Below, piece by piece: positions 27,536 through 41,509 of a stretch of DNA of 64,000 nt (position 1 is the stretch's first letter; the number at the start of each line of letters is the position of its first letter). The stretch covers positions 372,001-436,000 of the forward strand of contig NW_019029004.1 in NCBI RefSeq assembly GCF_002105155.1, in the 5' to 3' direction. The notes below the pieces were generated by a model. That model was not told where the DNA came from and did not search any database. It saw nothing but the letters and a program-made list of their open reading frames with translations. Made by a program: the position numbers and the translations under genes. Origin of the DNA: Lobosporangium transversale (Eukaryota).

Positions 27536-30500
27536 ATGGCTGATTACACAAGCCTTCCTCAGCACGATCAGGAAGAGGTGGGACATGCGTATGAGCAGCC
27601 ACAAAAGGGCGCCTTCCTCCGCAAAAAGAGCACGCTCCTTTTGGCTACTGCCGCCATCGCGCTTCTCGCGACTTCGGCTTATTTCCTGGGCGCTTCAAAT
27701 GAACTCTCTTCTAAGAAAGTCCACTTTGAGGACACAGGCATTTCCTCCAGCCATTTTGCAGAAGGTCTAGCCAAATGCAAGGCTATTCGCGACAAGAGCA
27801 AACACAAATACCCTGCTCCTGAGTCTCGCTCATCCAATCCACGCTTCGTCAATGGTACCGCCCCTACATTATTCAGAAATGCCTATATCTTTGACGGTGT
27901 CTCAGAAGCTTTCAAAGGTGATTTGCTCATTGACCGCGGCATCATCGTCCAGGTGGGCGGTGAGATTAAGGCGCCTACAGATGCTAATGTTGTAGACCTC
28001 AAAGGCCATATTCTGACGCCAGGTATCGTTGACATGCACAGGTAAAGGAACAGAATGGATATAAAAGATATATCAGGAAACAATCCATTAGAGTACAGAG
28101 GATCATTACCATTCCAATCAACCAAACTTACCCTATACATATTGCAGGGAAATACTGAGTGCTGAATAGGAAGGGGCTCTTTGACGTGTGATAATTCCTC
28201 TCTAGGGTACTATTTTTAATTTATCATTAACTTTTGAATGACTCTGAATTTTTAGTCATTTTGGTGTCGGCTCATGGCCTGAGCTGGATGGAACTGAAGA
28301 TAGCAACGAAATGACTCAACCTCTCACACCTTTTATCCGCTCGATCGACGGATTTAATCCCAGCGACCTTGCGCGTGAATGGATTCTTTCTGGAGGAGTA
28401 ACCACCTCACTCATTCTTCCTGGGTCTGGTAATATTATGGGAGGAGAGGCTTATGCAGTCAAATTGCGCAAGGTTGATACACTCAGCACTGATGACATGT
28501 TAGTTGAGGCTGGTGTTGATAACAAGTGGCGTTACATGAAGATGGCCTGTGGAGAAAACCCGAAGAGATTTTATGGAGGCTATCTCGGACGTATGCCCTC
28601 TACTCGCCTCGGTGAAGGATGGCTCCTCCGCAACCAGTTCGCTAAGGCTACAGAGCTTAAGCGCGCTCAAGACGACTGGTGCGATGCAGCTGAAGCTTTA
28701 CCTCGCTTTGGTCGCCACCGCCTTCAAACTCCTTTCCCGGAGGACCTCCAATACGAGAGTCTGGTGGGGATTCTTCGTGACGATGTCAAGCTCAACATCC
28801 ACTGCTATGAGACCCATGATTTGGAGGCCATGGTTCGCCACTCGAACGAGTACAAGTTCAAGATCTCAGCCTTCCATCACGGTCTCGATGCTTACCGGGT
28901 CCCTGAAATCCTGAAGCGCGCCTATAAGAATGTCCCTACTGTGGCTACGTTCGCTGGAAAGTTTGGATACAAGAAAGAGGCATTACAGAGTTCTGTCAAT
29001 GCTCCAAAGACCCTCGCCGATGCTGGCATTCCTGTTGCAATGAAGAGTGATCACCCTGTCTTGAATTCACAGCATCTTGTTTACGAGGCCGCTCAAGCCC
29101 ATCATTACGGCCTCTCTGAGCTCTTGGCAATTGCATCTGTTACGTCTGTTCCTGCCAAGGCCTTGGGGCTCGATCACCGTATCGGTAAGATTGCAGTTGG
29201 GTATGATGCAGATTTGGCTATCTGGGAGAAACATCCTTTAGCCCTTGGGGCCCATCCTCTTCAGGTCTATATTGATGGAGTTGCTCAAATCAAAGGTGTA
29301 GACCCATCAAAATGGAGCATTCAAGACGAGCCCCAAAAATTTGAAAAGTTGCCCGAGTTGGTTGTGCCCAAGGAAAGCAAGGATGTATGTTCAGAGAGGG
29401 CTGAGACTGGAGTGTTTAAGGGTATCAAGAAGCTTTTCTTAAACAATTCGGAACAATTCAGTGATGAAGGCGATTTAGTGGTAGTCATTGACCGCGGTGA
29501 GGTCATCTGTACGGGTCACTGCCAAACTGAAATCGTTGCCATGGACAAGAAGAACGCGCCGGTGTATGATTTAGGGGGTGAAGGGGTTGTGTTGCCCTCG
29601 TTGCTCTCTGTTGGCGCCCCTAACCTCGGATTAATTGAGATTGCTGCCGAAGATAGCACTGGCGATGGTCACCATAACTTGAACCCTGAGGTCATCAATG
29701 CTGCTGATGGCCTCAAGTTTGGAGGACTTCATATGGATGAGGCCTACAAGGCAGGTATCCTCACTGCTGTCACTGCTCCCGAGTCGGAGCATGTCATTCA
29801 GGGTGTTAGTGTTGCCTTCCTTACCGGTGCTGAACATGGTAAACAACTAGAAGAGAAATTACCCAAATAAGCTGACTGGTGATTCTGCAGCATAATTACT
29901 GCCCTACTAAACCTATATCATCACCACTGCCTTATTCTGTAGCCCTGTCACCCAAGAATGCTATTGTCAAGGAGAAGGTAGCGCTTCACGTGAAAATTGG
30001 TCACCAATCCAAGTCAACTTTGTTCCCCACTATCTCCTCTCAAATTGCTTTTCTCCGCACATCCTTGGAGAAAAGCCTCACAGATGTCTTGCTTCCTACC
30101 AACGAGTTCTCGCTTGCCGCTCATGGGAAGATCCCTCTGGTGGTCGAGGTTGACAACCGGGATGAGATCATTCGCCTGATCCAACTCAAGAAGGATTTGG
30201 AGCGTAGCGGCGCCAGGATCAAGGTCTCATTGTTGAGCGCTGTTGAAGCATGGACTGTCGCTGAGCATTTAGCCGAAGCTGACATCAGCGTCATCTTGCG
30301 CCCGTACCTTTGCACTCCAGCACAATGGACTGCTCAGCGGTGCTTACCTGGTGCACCCCTCTCCAATGAGACAGGCCTCTCTATCCTTTATAAAGCCGGT
30401 GTCAAGGTTGGTTTAGCTGCCCACGAGCCCGAGGATGTTCGTCAGCTATCCTGGATTGCTGGCTGGGCCCGTTCAGACTTAGGCCTTAAAGAAAAGGATG

Positions 30501-30664
30501 CTGTCGGTCTCGTCAGCTGGAATTTGGCTGAGATCGTTGGCCTTCCCACCAACTCCTCTGGTTTAGTGTTATACAATGGCAATCCCTTCGAGTTTGGCGC
30601 AAAGATTTCTGCTATCATAGGTGGTGGAAAAAGTGGTATTCAATGCAACCCACGAGCGTTTTAG
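27536..30664 (+). CDS. Membrane-anchored two-domain metal-dependent amidohydrolase (imidazolonepropionase-like / fungal CE9-type), 3 exons
   Basis: N-terminal TM helix, DLKGHILTPGIVDMH|SHFG (HxH), GGVTTSLILPGSGNIMGG, MKMACGENPKR, NIHCYE, KSDHPVLNSQ, HRIGKIAVGYDADLAIW, followed by a second degenerate domain. Confidence 0.9.
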
Positions 30665-32352
30665 GAAAGGACTTGAAAACAAATGTCAGGTGTCCTGTAA
30701 ATGTATGAATAATATGATACAATAGAATGAGATGATACTTGAGCATTTTCAGACATTGTTCAGCTGTGTGTTTTTTGAATCTTGAAAATTGTTAGTTTAT
30801 AGGCTATCGCTCCAAAACAAAGACTAGTATACATTCAGTATATTCCTAATCAGATAACGAAGCATCGATAAAATGTAAGCAAATGTTTATAGAACTAGCA
30901 CTTATTCTAAGGCGACTATTGCATAGATTATTGTCTAGAATGCCGGACCAAAAATTGTGGGATCTAAGGATAGAGGCTTATGCTTGATGATCGTATATAT
31001 AGCGGGCTATAGGAGTTACATTGCTTTTTGAGATAGCGCGAAGGATTATATTATAGGAAAAAGATATTTGCACGGCCGCGTACACACCTTATTTACACTG
31101 CTCCCGTACAAATAAAAAAAAATTATTTGCACGGGGGGCTTTTTTTTTATTTGTATGGGTCTTTATTTCAGTCTAGATACCACTACCAGGAAGCCTTCCA
31201 CGACACAAGCTCGATACCCAAGCATCAAATATTGACCAGAATATATATCTTATCAAGGTCGTATGTAGCCCAGAATAGATGTTGATATTCTTTATGCGAT
31301 TCTGGGACTAAATAAAGAGTTACAAACAATTTATCTATAATTGGAATATACTATGCCACTTTACTTTGCACTTTGTTGGTCGTATTCTTATAGGCTGTGG
31401 ATGGTTCCCTGATGCTTTCTTTCATTTAGCGCGTGCATACATCTCAAGTGTTTCCGTACGCTATTAAGCACATAACGATGAGTTCAGTAATTAGGGGCCT
31501 CTAATGTGTAGTTTGTTTCGGTAGATATATAAACGATCATACTCATTGCTACGATGCATAGCGTGCCGTGTTACTACTCTCTTTCTTTTCTCTTTCTTCT
31601 TCTATGTCCCTATCTCCGTCCTTCTTTATTAAGAGCTCAAACGCCCTTGGTACTAAATTTTGTTTACCAAATTCACCAAATACATTCAGTTTATTTTGTG
31701 GAATGTCCATCCTCTCAGCCGTTTGTAACCCGAGAGATTACTTATCTTTTGACAGTTAGTGACAGTTCGCACTCAAAGCCGATCGTGCCACAATTACCTA
31801 TATCCCTATATCTAAAGAGCTAAAATACTTTAATAGCATAGCCGTGACTTATAGTGATAGAAAAGAGGCATAAATACTCTTTTCTGTTACGTTGATAAAG
31901 ATCCTTATTTTTGTCTGATTACATTCCAAGTTTGTTATCATGTTCAATCAGGGTTGATTTTTCACCAATAATAGCCAGAACTTGCCTTGGATCGTCTTTA
32001 GCACGCAGTGTCGCATACTCAGCAGCACATGTGGATGCTCACTGCGTCTAGGGACTAGCTTCATATTGTACAATCACCTGAAAGAAAGTTTGGTCAAAAA
32101 AATAAAATTTTGAAGAGAAGCACTGTCTTCAATCCTATTTCTTGCCGTTTACCCTCAGCACGTACCGCCCAAAAACTTCAGTGATTACCCACATTGGCCT
32201 CATTAATAAACGCGTGAATTTCCATCTTGGTCAGTGAAGTATTTTTGTATGTCATAAATGAGCTGTTTGTCAGAGAATCAAAATAAAAAAAATAATAAAT
32301 AACCCACTTTAACCAGACTTTCTTTTGAGTGACTGTAGAGCGGAATAGAGCG

Positions 32353-32639
32353 TGAGAAATATTTTGTAGATAGATAGTAAGCAGTAGAAAAGTAAGTGAG
32401 AATAAGATATGGGCCCACACACCACATCCATAGAGTATTTATTCATTTTCTGGTAGAGGGACTTGTATCGGGTAACTACATATCGTTCTAAAAACTTCAT
32501 ATCAAAGATTTATCGCGTCTAGGTGTGGCGCGTTATTGCCACTAATTTTTACTGCTAATCTTTTAGCGCATTGGTGTTTTTTACTCTAATTTTTTCTAGC
32601 TAGGCCATCGTAATATTGCATACTGTGAAATATGCAACA
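32353..32639 (-). mobile_element. Duplicated copy of the degenerate solo LTR
   Basis: Mirror image of 20616-20902 within the inverted duplication. Confidence 0.62.
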
Positions 32640-32824
32640 GAGCACGATGAGTATCGCAGCTCCAGACTCCCCTCTACTCTAGACTCACCTTCGCTTATTT
32701 GCTTCGAAATAAAAAGCTGGAATCATGTAATCTGTAGGATACACGCTGCCGCTTGTGGATGAAATAAAGACCCCGTGCAAATACTGGCAAGACTTGATGA
32801 CCCAGCTAGTCCAAAAATACAAAA

Positions 32825-32898
32825 TGTTTGTACTCGGACTCGAACCGAGGACCGTCTGTGTGTTAGACAGACGTGATAACCAACTACACCATACAAAC
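32825..32898 (-). tRNA. tRNA-Val (anticodon AAC), second identical copy
   Basis: Exact reverse complement of 20357-20430. Confidence 0.95.
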
Positions 32899-33160
32899 TT
32901 TGCTTTGGTTTTCCTTCGAGGAAATGCTATATATTATTAATAGCATCACGTGATTGTAGCATAGATGTGTCCAATATATCCACTATGATAATGGTAATAA
33001 AAACGCCTAATATTTCTGTCGTTTTTTGCTCTTTGTTGTGTAGCAGTGCTGATTAATCAATAGGAGCTGTAGTGTAGCAAAGATTCATATTATATGGGGC
33101 TCTTGGGTCCTTGTTCTCGAAAAGTTTATGTAAAAGCATCCTTGAGTCCTTGAGGGTCTT

Positions 33161-33204
<44 letters not shown>

Positions 33205-33477
33205 GCACTTAAACGCTCTTTGCGAGTAACTTTATGGCCCAGTAACTGTTCCCTGTGCGTATTCCTTTAATCGCAACAAGCAAAAGGAGTAAATTAGGGA
33301 AGTGGGTCCAGTTTTTACCTTGGATAGGTAATATATTGACATAACAAACATAACAAAGCTGTCTTAATGTTTGCATTTGTGAAATGTCTTAAGGATCTGG
33401 AGAGACATACTCTTAAGGCCAGACCAAAATGCTTTTGTAAGAGCTGACGCACCCGTTTATCAGGCTCTCTCTTTATT

Positions 33478-33825
33478 TTACTTCTCAGTCTCTTCATCGC
33501 TTCCAACATCGTCGTCTTCTGGTTTCAGGTATCGGATGTCGCGTCTAAAGTATGTTTGGTTGGCTGCCTTGACTTTTCCCCAGAGCTCCTCAAAGGCCTT
33601 GACAAGCTCCTTGTTCAAAGGACCCTGCTGTAAGCTGATGAGGTTTTCTTTCAAGTTTCCCACGCAGTCGTTTGCACCAAAAATCAGACCATCATTAGGT
33701 CCAAGTCCAGAGTGGTGGTTCATCCAGCGGATTGACGCCTCCAGCAGGGGGGTCCCATATGACTCTGTTACCTTTCTTAGTGCATCTACAGCATCAAAAA
33801 AAAGTGGACTCCAATACTGCTCTCG
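33478..33825 (-). pseudogene. Orphan copy of the last exon of the AKR7-like gene
   Basis: Identical to 19430-19777 (REQYWSPLFFDAV...DEETEK*) but lacks the upstream exons and the native acceptor. Confidence 0.88.
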
Positions 33826-34607
33826 TTAGTGTATTTTCTCTACTGGAATGGGGTGAGGGGAAAGCGCTTAAGGCACTGGAGCTTGACATAGAATATACGT
33901 CCTTATAACAGTTGTTTTTATTGTTATTGAAGCCAAAGATAGAGGAGGGATGAATCAATTAGCTGCAAGAAAAGAAAAGTAGGGTTAGGACATAGGCCTT
34001 GGCCTTGTCATGCTTGATCATATCTGTTAACTACGTTCAAAGTTTAATGATGCATGTGGTTTACGGCATTCGTAGCATGATATATATTGATGTGAGATTA
34101 ATTAGATCTTAATAAAACTGAAAAGTAGCGCCCGTTTAATGAGAAAGTATAACCTTTATCAGGTCGGATCTAATCAAGTGGACAAGTCCGAGCTCTTTTA
34201 TCCTTCTATTCTGAGTACTTCAATGCTCACTTCTTAAGAGACTATTGCAGAATATATTTATTTCCTCATTTAATCAGAAAACTCATGCCATATAATTTTT
34301 TTTCTCTTCGTCATAGTACCCGACGATCTAATATTCTCAATGACTACTTTTAACAATATTTTACCCACTGATGGAGTTTGTATGTGTTACCACTACCGTT
34401 ATCTCACATTCGCATCAACGTTCCAAGGATATTGTAATCTGTACATTGTATTAGTGTTCGTGATGGCACAGCTCAGATAAAGCGCTTGTTTGCTGCAGTG
34501 GGACAGCTGATGAAATTGTATTTTCTTTTTTTAGCGTACTAGTACAATATGCAGAATTCTGATAGTAGGTGAGGTAAATGTAAACTCGTATGTTTGCATA
34601 CTCCTGA

Positions 34608-35051
34608 TTAGTATAGAACACCAGCCATCCAGTCCTTGATCCTTTCAATGTCTTTGTTTTCAGCAGAGCACTCTAAAAACTCAACCTCATTCTCGAGATC
34701 CTGGAATGTGAAATCCTTTCCTTCAAATCCCAAAAAGACGTTCTCATTGCCGTCAGTGTCCTGGGTATCTAAAGCAGCGGCTCGTGTCTGACGCAGCTTA
34801 TTACTATATAAAGTGAATGGAGTTTGTTATTAGACTCGCAGAGAAGTGATTGTTAAAAGGTGAGAGTTGCTCATGTTGTCTGAAGAACCAAGGATGTGAA
34901 TGAAAACGTACATTTCTGTCTCTAACAAAGTCTGGATACGTTCTTTCTTGAAAGACGTCAAGAGATCAGACTTGTTGCATGCAATCAATACTGGAATTCG
35001 CTCGTTTTGGGTAAATTTATCCGCGAGAACGTCGTAAAGGTATCTGTAAAT

Positions 35052-35084
<33 letters not shown>

Positions 35085-35930
35085 AAAGGCGTCAGGACAA
35101 GTCGCGATATAGTGATTCATGGAAAGAAAATCCAATTAAGACCCTTTACTCTGCTAGGAGGCGCGTTTGACGTGAGGCCGTTGAGCTGTCAACAACAAAG
35201 ACTACTGCGCGAGCAATCGGCATAAACTCTGAGAATTTGAAACGAAGACGCTCATGTCCGGGAATATCCACTATGTGAGCTGGGGTCTAAGGTTATGATA
35301 TAGACAGTGAAAAGATAAGTCTTTAACTGCGCCTTTTGGATTCATCTTTGACAGTGGCAGTATAATAAATGCAATAGACAGATAGGATACCTTTCCATCG
35401 ATCAAAACAGCGTCGGCCTCATTTTCCTTAATAGAAGTAACAGTCTCTACAGACTTGCCATGATTGATCTATTAACCAGAATAGGAGAGTCTGGTTAACA
35501 ATCAGATGACCCTTAAAGCAATATCTCTTATTAAGGCCTTTGCAATCCATACAATCATGTAATCCTAGTCCTTCTTATGGTTTGGAACTGGTTCCTACCA
35601 AATAGTGAATAGCAGTCTTCCCAGCAAAAGGTAATCCTGTGAGTAGGATGGTGTTTTTAGAGTTTCTTTTAGAAACAAGCAAGAAGCTTGCTGTGATAGT
35701 AAAAGAGATAATGCCAATAGCAACTTTTCTGTAAATAGGTATTCGTCGGAAGATTGGCATTGCGGTGAAAATACAGGCGTTTTTGAATTCCTAGCTATAG
35801 GCCAGAGAGCTTCTCCTTTACCTGCGATTCCAACAAGCGCTACTAAAGTCAAAAGAGCGAGTAAAGTAAGATATTCATTATTGGCGATGATGAGTTGATG
35901 AGGAATGAGTCCTCTGAATGATGATGACAT
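34608..35930 (-). CDS. SRP102: Signal recognition particle receptor beta subunit (multi-exon)
   Basis: N-terminal TM YLTLLALLTLVALVGIA, P-loop ILLTGLPFAGKTAI, HIVDIPGHERLRF, AEYLYDVL, IPVLIACNKSDL, LRQTRAAAL, GKDFTFQDL, ending KDWMAGVLY*. Confidence 0.88.
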
Positions 35931-36503
35931 GACACAAAACCGCGTATCAACTTTGTTTTTTGTTTTGGAATGAATATTCCTATGAGGTGAAATCCGGAAC
36001 AAGTTGAATCCTGACAAGTCGTATAAAGGAAAGAAAGAAGACAAGGAGGGTTTCAAACATATTTTTTAAATTTGCACTGGCCAATGAGGCATCAACAGTC
36101 GTAGCCCAAATATATGTAAATGTCACGTTTCCTCCATTCGGAACTAGAAGCATGCCTCATTTATACAACAGACTCTTGTGCGTTCCTGAATTTTTTTTCC
36201 CGTTCAAACAACCTTTGTCTCTTTTCTCAATAGTCTTTTCTATTTCTCTCTTATTCTTATCTTGGCTCCAGACTTAAACACTTACACTCAATATTTTATC
36301 AGTAAGAACCATCTTTTTTCCCGTTTGGAAAAGCACACAGACACATCAACGGATTTTTGAGTGTTATTCCAACTGACACCTGATCTGGGTTATTGTTTCC
36401 ACATTCAAACTCCCACGCAAAGAAAGAAAACTAATTCAATTCTCTCTTCCACTTCTTTGTTTTTCATCCTTATTCAGTCCCTTTGCTTACCTCCCCATCC
36501 ATC

Positions 36504-37808
36504 ATGTCCATGGCAAGCTCCCTCAGACCACCTCAAGCAGGAAAAGCCTATCAAGGTCTTGTGAGCAGTCGACCGAGCGATCAAATGTCGGATGTCTCTT
36601 CGAGCTTCAGTGAGTCCGCCCGTCATCGTCAGTCTAAGAAGGATGAGGTACTTGATTTTTTCATTTAAAAACACCAAATAAAAAGGTTGAAGTGCCATTT
36701 GCGGAAACAATCACCATGTTGCAATTACATCTCTCACTATTTTTTTTCCTTCTTTTTTAAAGGCTATTCGCCGTAAAATTGAACAAGAGCTGTCCAAGAA
36801 GCGCCACAGCTCTCGCAAGGCCAAGCAGACACAAAAAGTCATGGCAGGCACTGTCTCGGCCTTGCGTGTCTCCCAAGCTTTGACGGTCTCAGAGTCTATC
36901 ACTGTAACAGAGGCATCTCAGAACATGGCTGCCAAGCGTGCCGATTGTGTCCTCGTCATTAACGACGAGGAGCACCTATCAGGTATCTTTACGGCCAAGG
37001 ACCTGGCCTTCCGTGTTGTCGCTGCGTAAGTGTTGCTGTATACCGAATATTCCTTCTCTCTTTTTTTCTGTCGTCCTTATAATTTACTGATAACAGCAGT
37101 AACAGCAGCAATACCCTTACTAACCTGCATGCGACGTTGTTACTGCGATGAATTATCATAAAAATCATAGTGGTCTTGATCCCCGTTCGACTCGTGTGGT
37201 AGATATTATGACCCCTAACCCCATGGTTGTTACAACTGACCGCAGTGCAACTGATGCCCTGAATCTTATGGTTCAGAGAGGCTTCAGGCATTTGGTAAGT
37301 AGTTGTGAAAAGGAAGCTTGATTTGAAAAGCATATGATAGATTCCCGAATTGCATACTGATTCTTCCCTTTTTTTTAAGCCCGTACAAAACGAAGATTCA
37401 GAAATTGTTGGTCTCTTAGATATTACAAAATGCTTGTACGAATCCTTGTCAAAGATGGAGAGGGCATATGGACAGTCTAAGAAGCTTTACGATGCTTTGG
37501 AGGGTGTAGACAAGGAATGGGGTGGCATGCAGAACATGGCAATGATTCAATACATGGAGACTCTCAGAGAGAAGATGATGTGTCCTGACCTAAGCTCTGT
37601 CCTTGATGGCTCACCTGCTGCCGAGGTTAGCGTTAAGGCTACTGTCAAGGAGGCTGCCAAGCTGATGAAAGAGCGTCGCGTTACTGCTGTTTTGGTCATG
37701 GACCAGAACGGCATCGATATTGCCGGGATTTTCACATCCAAGGGTAAGATCTTGTTCAGATTATGCAAAAAAAAAAAAAAAAAAAAAAAAAAGAAATGAT
37801 CACTTACA

Positions 37809-37839
<31 letters not shown>

Positions 37840-39020
37840 CCTAATCTGTTCTTGGCATAGACATTGTCCTTCGTGTCATTGCTGCTCAATTGGAGCCCAG
37901 CAACTGCAGCGTGGTCCGTGTCATGACACCCCATCCTGACACTGCTCCGCCATCGATGACCATTATGGATGCCTTACGCAAGATGCATGGTATGTTAAAT
38001 TGCATTATTAAACTCTGAGCTATCTTTTCATCACTCCAATCTTCGTTTTTCTCTTTGCCTTATTGGTATACTTAAGACAAATGTGATGCTTTATTATTTC
38101 AACTAGATGGCCATTACCTCAACCTGCCTGTCGTTGAAGAGGATAAAGAAATTGTTGGAGTTGTTGATGTTCTCAAACTCACCTATGCTACCATGGAGCA
38201 AATTAATTCAATGAACTCAAAGGATTCAGAATCAGGGCCCATGTGGAGTCATTTCTGGAATTCTGCAACAATGGGTGATGGTGAGGAAGGATCTGTGGTC
38301 TCAGAGTCAATGGCGCCTTCATCAATTATGTCACCCAGTCTTGCAGCCTCACCTAGCAGCCATCAAGCTATGCAGCCCTTCCCTGGTGAGATCTTTCCCA
38401 ATGAATCAGCCTCAGTTGTCGCAGAAGATCGCAGTGAGCTGATCCATAAGCAAATTGAGGAGGAGAGCACAACCTTTGTGTTCAAGTTTAAATCGCCTGT
38501 TTCAAACACGGTACACCGCTTTACTGCCGATTACACTGACCTGAACCGTCTCAGGGATACTATTTTGGAAAAGGAACCCTTCGGACCTGAATCAGATCCT
38601 AGTCAGAGCGCCCTTCTTGCTGAATTCAACATTTCATACATGGATGACGAGCAGGACTATGTGATGATGACCTCAGATGCAGATTTGGCGGACTCAGTTG
38701 CGATTGCTAAGAAGCAAGGTCATAACCGTGTTATGCTCTATGTCTCAGACCCGAGAGCATCTCAAGTTCTTCCTGCTGTGACAGTGCCACCAGCCGCAGC
38801 AGCCCCTGCTGCTATGGCAGCCGTGCCTGCGCCTGTTGCTATACCAGAGGAGCCTGTCGAAATTCCTAAGCCAACAGTTCCTGAGGAGCCTAAGAAGCAA
38901 CCTTCCGAGTTAAAGAAAATATTGGATTCAATCCCTGATGAGTATCTTCTTCCTGGTGCCTTGGTAACTCTATCTGTCACCGTTCTTGCTGTCTTTGCCA
39001 TTGCTAGATTAGCCAAGTAA
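36504..39020 (+). CDS. CBS-pair / PB1 domain protein with C-terminal TM (S. pombe Mug70-like)
   Basis: RHRQSKKDE|AIRRKIEQELSKKR, four CBS motifs (MAAKRADCVLV...GIFTAKDLAFRVV; GFRHLPV; GIFTSKDIVLRV; GHYLNLPVV), PB1-like FVFKFKSP...ISYMDDEQDYVMMTSDADL, and a hydrophobic tail. Confidence 0.88.
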
Positions 39021-39862
39021 AGAAGGATTAAGCGCTGTATCGCAGCTCCACGAAGCAGTCAAGCAATCAGCATCATTCGAATTTCCTGGATACCCTTCGG
39101 ACACTCCTTGGATAACATCACTTTCATGTATTCCAATTTACTTCACATACTTCCTCTTCATGGGATCAACATTAAAAGCATAGGACTCTTTATAAGCATC
39201 GCTATGCGAACGAAAAATTAGACTTTTTTTAACATTCACAATTACATTTACACCCATATTCATATTTGGAATACAAAAAAAAAAACACATAAAAAGAGTA
39301 ATAAAGTTTTTTTTTTGAATAATAAGTGACTGTATCTCATGGATTCCATTTGCGTTCTAGTTTATTCGAAGCTGGTGTTACTCCTATGTCTGTGTGATAT
39401 TGTGGCTCTATTTTTTTCAGTCGTAGCTATTGATGAACGAATAAATGAACAAGTAAAGAGATGAGGGAACAATGAACCGACAATGACTATGTTTATAGTG
39501 GCAATACTTGAAGATTCAGCAGGGAAATGGGCAGGCACCGGCTCTTGGATAGAATTGGTTACGTGATTTGATCTTGAACAGTGATTGCAGGAATGAGATC
39601 AGACTTTATTATTTTCGAATTGTTCTTGAGGTTGCTGAAGTGCATTTTGCCCAAACATTCGATAATGGCTCTGAAGTTAAGACGGCCATTTAGTAGTGTA
39701 TCAACATTCGAGGCGTTTGCTAGGTAGCTCTACTGGTTTATTGTGGAAGACTTATTGACAAAATGGAAACCTTGAAGACTATCAAGGGATTAGAAGGAAG
39801 AGTTTTCTAATGATAGTGTTTTAAAAAGAGCAGCATAGCAGCAAGCAACTTTGAAGAGGTGA

Positions 39863-41509
39863 CTAATCGCGCTTTTGGCCGGTTACGACATAGAAGATAT
39901 GATAACTTTTATACTCTTCCACTTCCGAGTCTGCAATTTGCATCATCTCTTCATACTCGTCTATGTCCACGCCAGCACCATGGATGACTATTGGTGTGAT
40001 TGCATTCCAGAACGATTGCTCATTCTCTTTAAGTAACGTTCCGATCTTACCACCATGGTCTCCTGTCGGCAGTCTCAATACCTCTTCTTTTACATTTACC
40101 ACATTTGCCTGTTTCAGCATGTTGCCATACCCGATATCCCGACCAATCAAACAGTTGACGCCACGGGTAGAAAGTGCTTTATCAATCCAGTTCCAGATCT
40201 TGGCCGTACATGGTCCATTGTTGCCACCAATGCCATCTATCTCAACCAACTCGATCCAACCACCTGGTTTAGTGACCCGTTCCAGCTCCTTTAAAACAAA
40301 TATCCAGTTTTCATGCGTCAATCCTGCAACTAGAAGTCGTTGATAGACAAAATCAAAGGTGTTATCAGGGAAAGGCAAGGGGTTGAGGATGTTATGTTGA
40401 ATAAACTTGCAGTTGCTCGGGATGATAGTTGTTGGGAATACGATGGATATGTCAATCCCTGTGATGGTTGCATCAGGAAACTCGTTAGCCATTTCCTAAC
40501 ATTGATGACAAACGAAAAAAAGATGAGGTTAATTTTTATCTTAAAAAGATATGTCATTGCGGTTAGATCATTTACCATTGTCCATGTTCCGGGTCCACAG
40601 CCAACATCCAAAATAGCCCGCACCTTAATAGATAAAATAGTTTAATAAAAGGTCAGCTTTTAAAGACTGATTAGAAGGCTCCAAACCTTGTTCCATGTTG
40701 AGCTTTACCTTTGATTTCTCGAGCGGGGATTTGTAGTTACCCTGAATAGCATAACGAAGGATGAAGTGCTAATTTAGAAGGACAATTTAGTAGCTTCAAC
40801 TTGTGACACCAACTCCAAGCCCAAGAGTGCGTGCGATTTTTTTTTTCTTACTTGAAGTTGCAGCCTGCAAGTGAAGAAATGTTATGTCAATAAGCCAGGC
40901 GAAAAAAGAAAGTCAGGGTTAGTTGCACAGAAATTGCCATGAAAACAAAACATGGCCAGACACACGAGTGTTTTCTTATCTGACTGTGCCATTTTTTCCT
41001 TTTCTAATATTTCAATCATTTTTTTTAGTTACCTGTCAACCCTATGTGATGAGTTCAGCCAAAAAGAAAAAGAAAAAAAAAATAGAATTAGCTGTCTACT
41101 TGATTTGCCAATGGAGAAATGAAGTAAACCACATCGTTTCTGTTGCGGTTGAACTTTAAGTTGGATTGAAAAAAAGAGCAAAGGAGCGACAATCGAAAAT
41201 AGAAAAAAATTAAGGTGAATGAAATAATGAATGCATTGGCAGCATTGGCGGGAAAAAAGGGCACAGAGAGTAGAGTTTAGTAGATGAAAATGGGAGAGGG
41301 GAGAAAGAACAGTAAAAATTAACATGGTAGTTATAAAAAAGCAAATCAGCTTACTCATCAATGTCATTGGGAAGGAGGTAAGAAGCCCCGGGTATGTTAT
41401 GGTATCGCCGTCCCTCGAGCCATTGATATTCGGTGGAAAGCTGGTTGCATCCCCCCATTTCCACATTTGAAAATGTGGTGTTGATGCCTGAAGAGATCGT
41501 CTTGTTCAT
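39863..41509 (-). CDS. Class I SAM-dependent methyltransferase (LaeA/Methyltransf_23-like), 6 exons including two microexons
   Basis: GRRYHNIPGASYLLPNDIDE|VDR|LQLQ|HFILRYAIQGNYKSP...|VRAILDVGCGPGTWTM|EMANEFPDATITGIDIS...LPFPDNTFDFVYQR...RVTKPGGWIELVE. Confidence 0.9.

Larger units (their letters stand above)
31059..33825. repeat. Right arm of 2767-bp inverted duplication
   Basis: Reverse complement of 19430-22196, including the same 32-nt homopolymer length. Confidence 0.97.
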
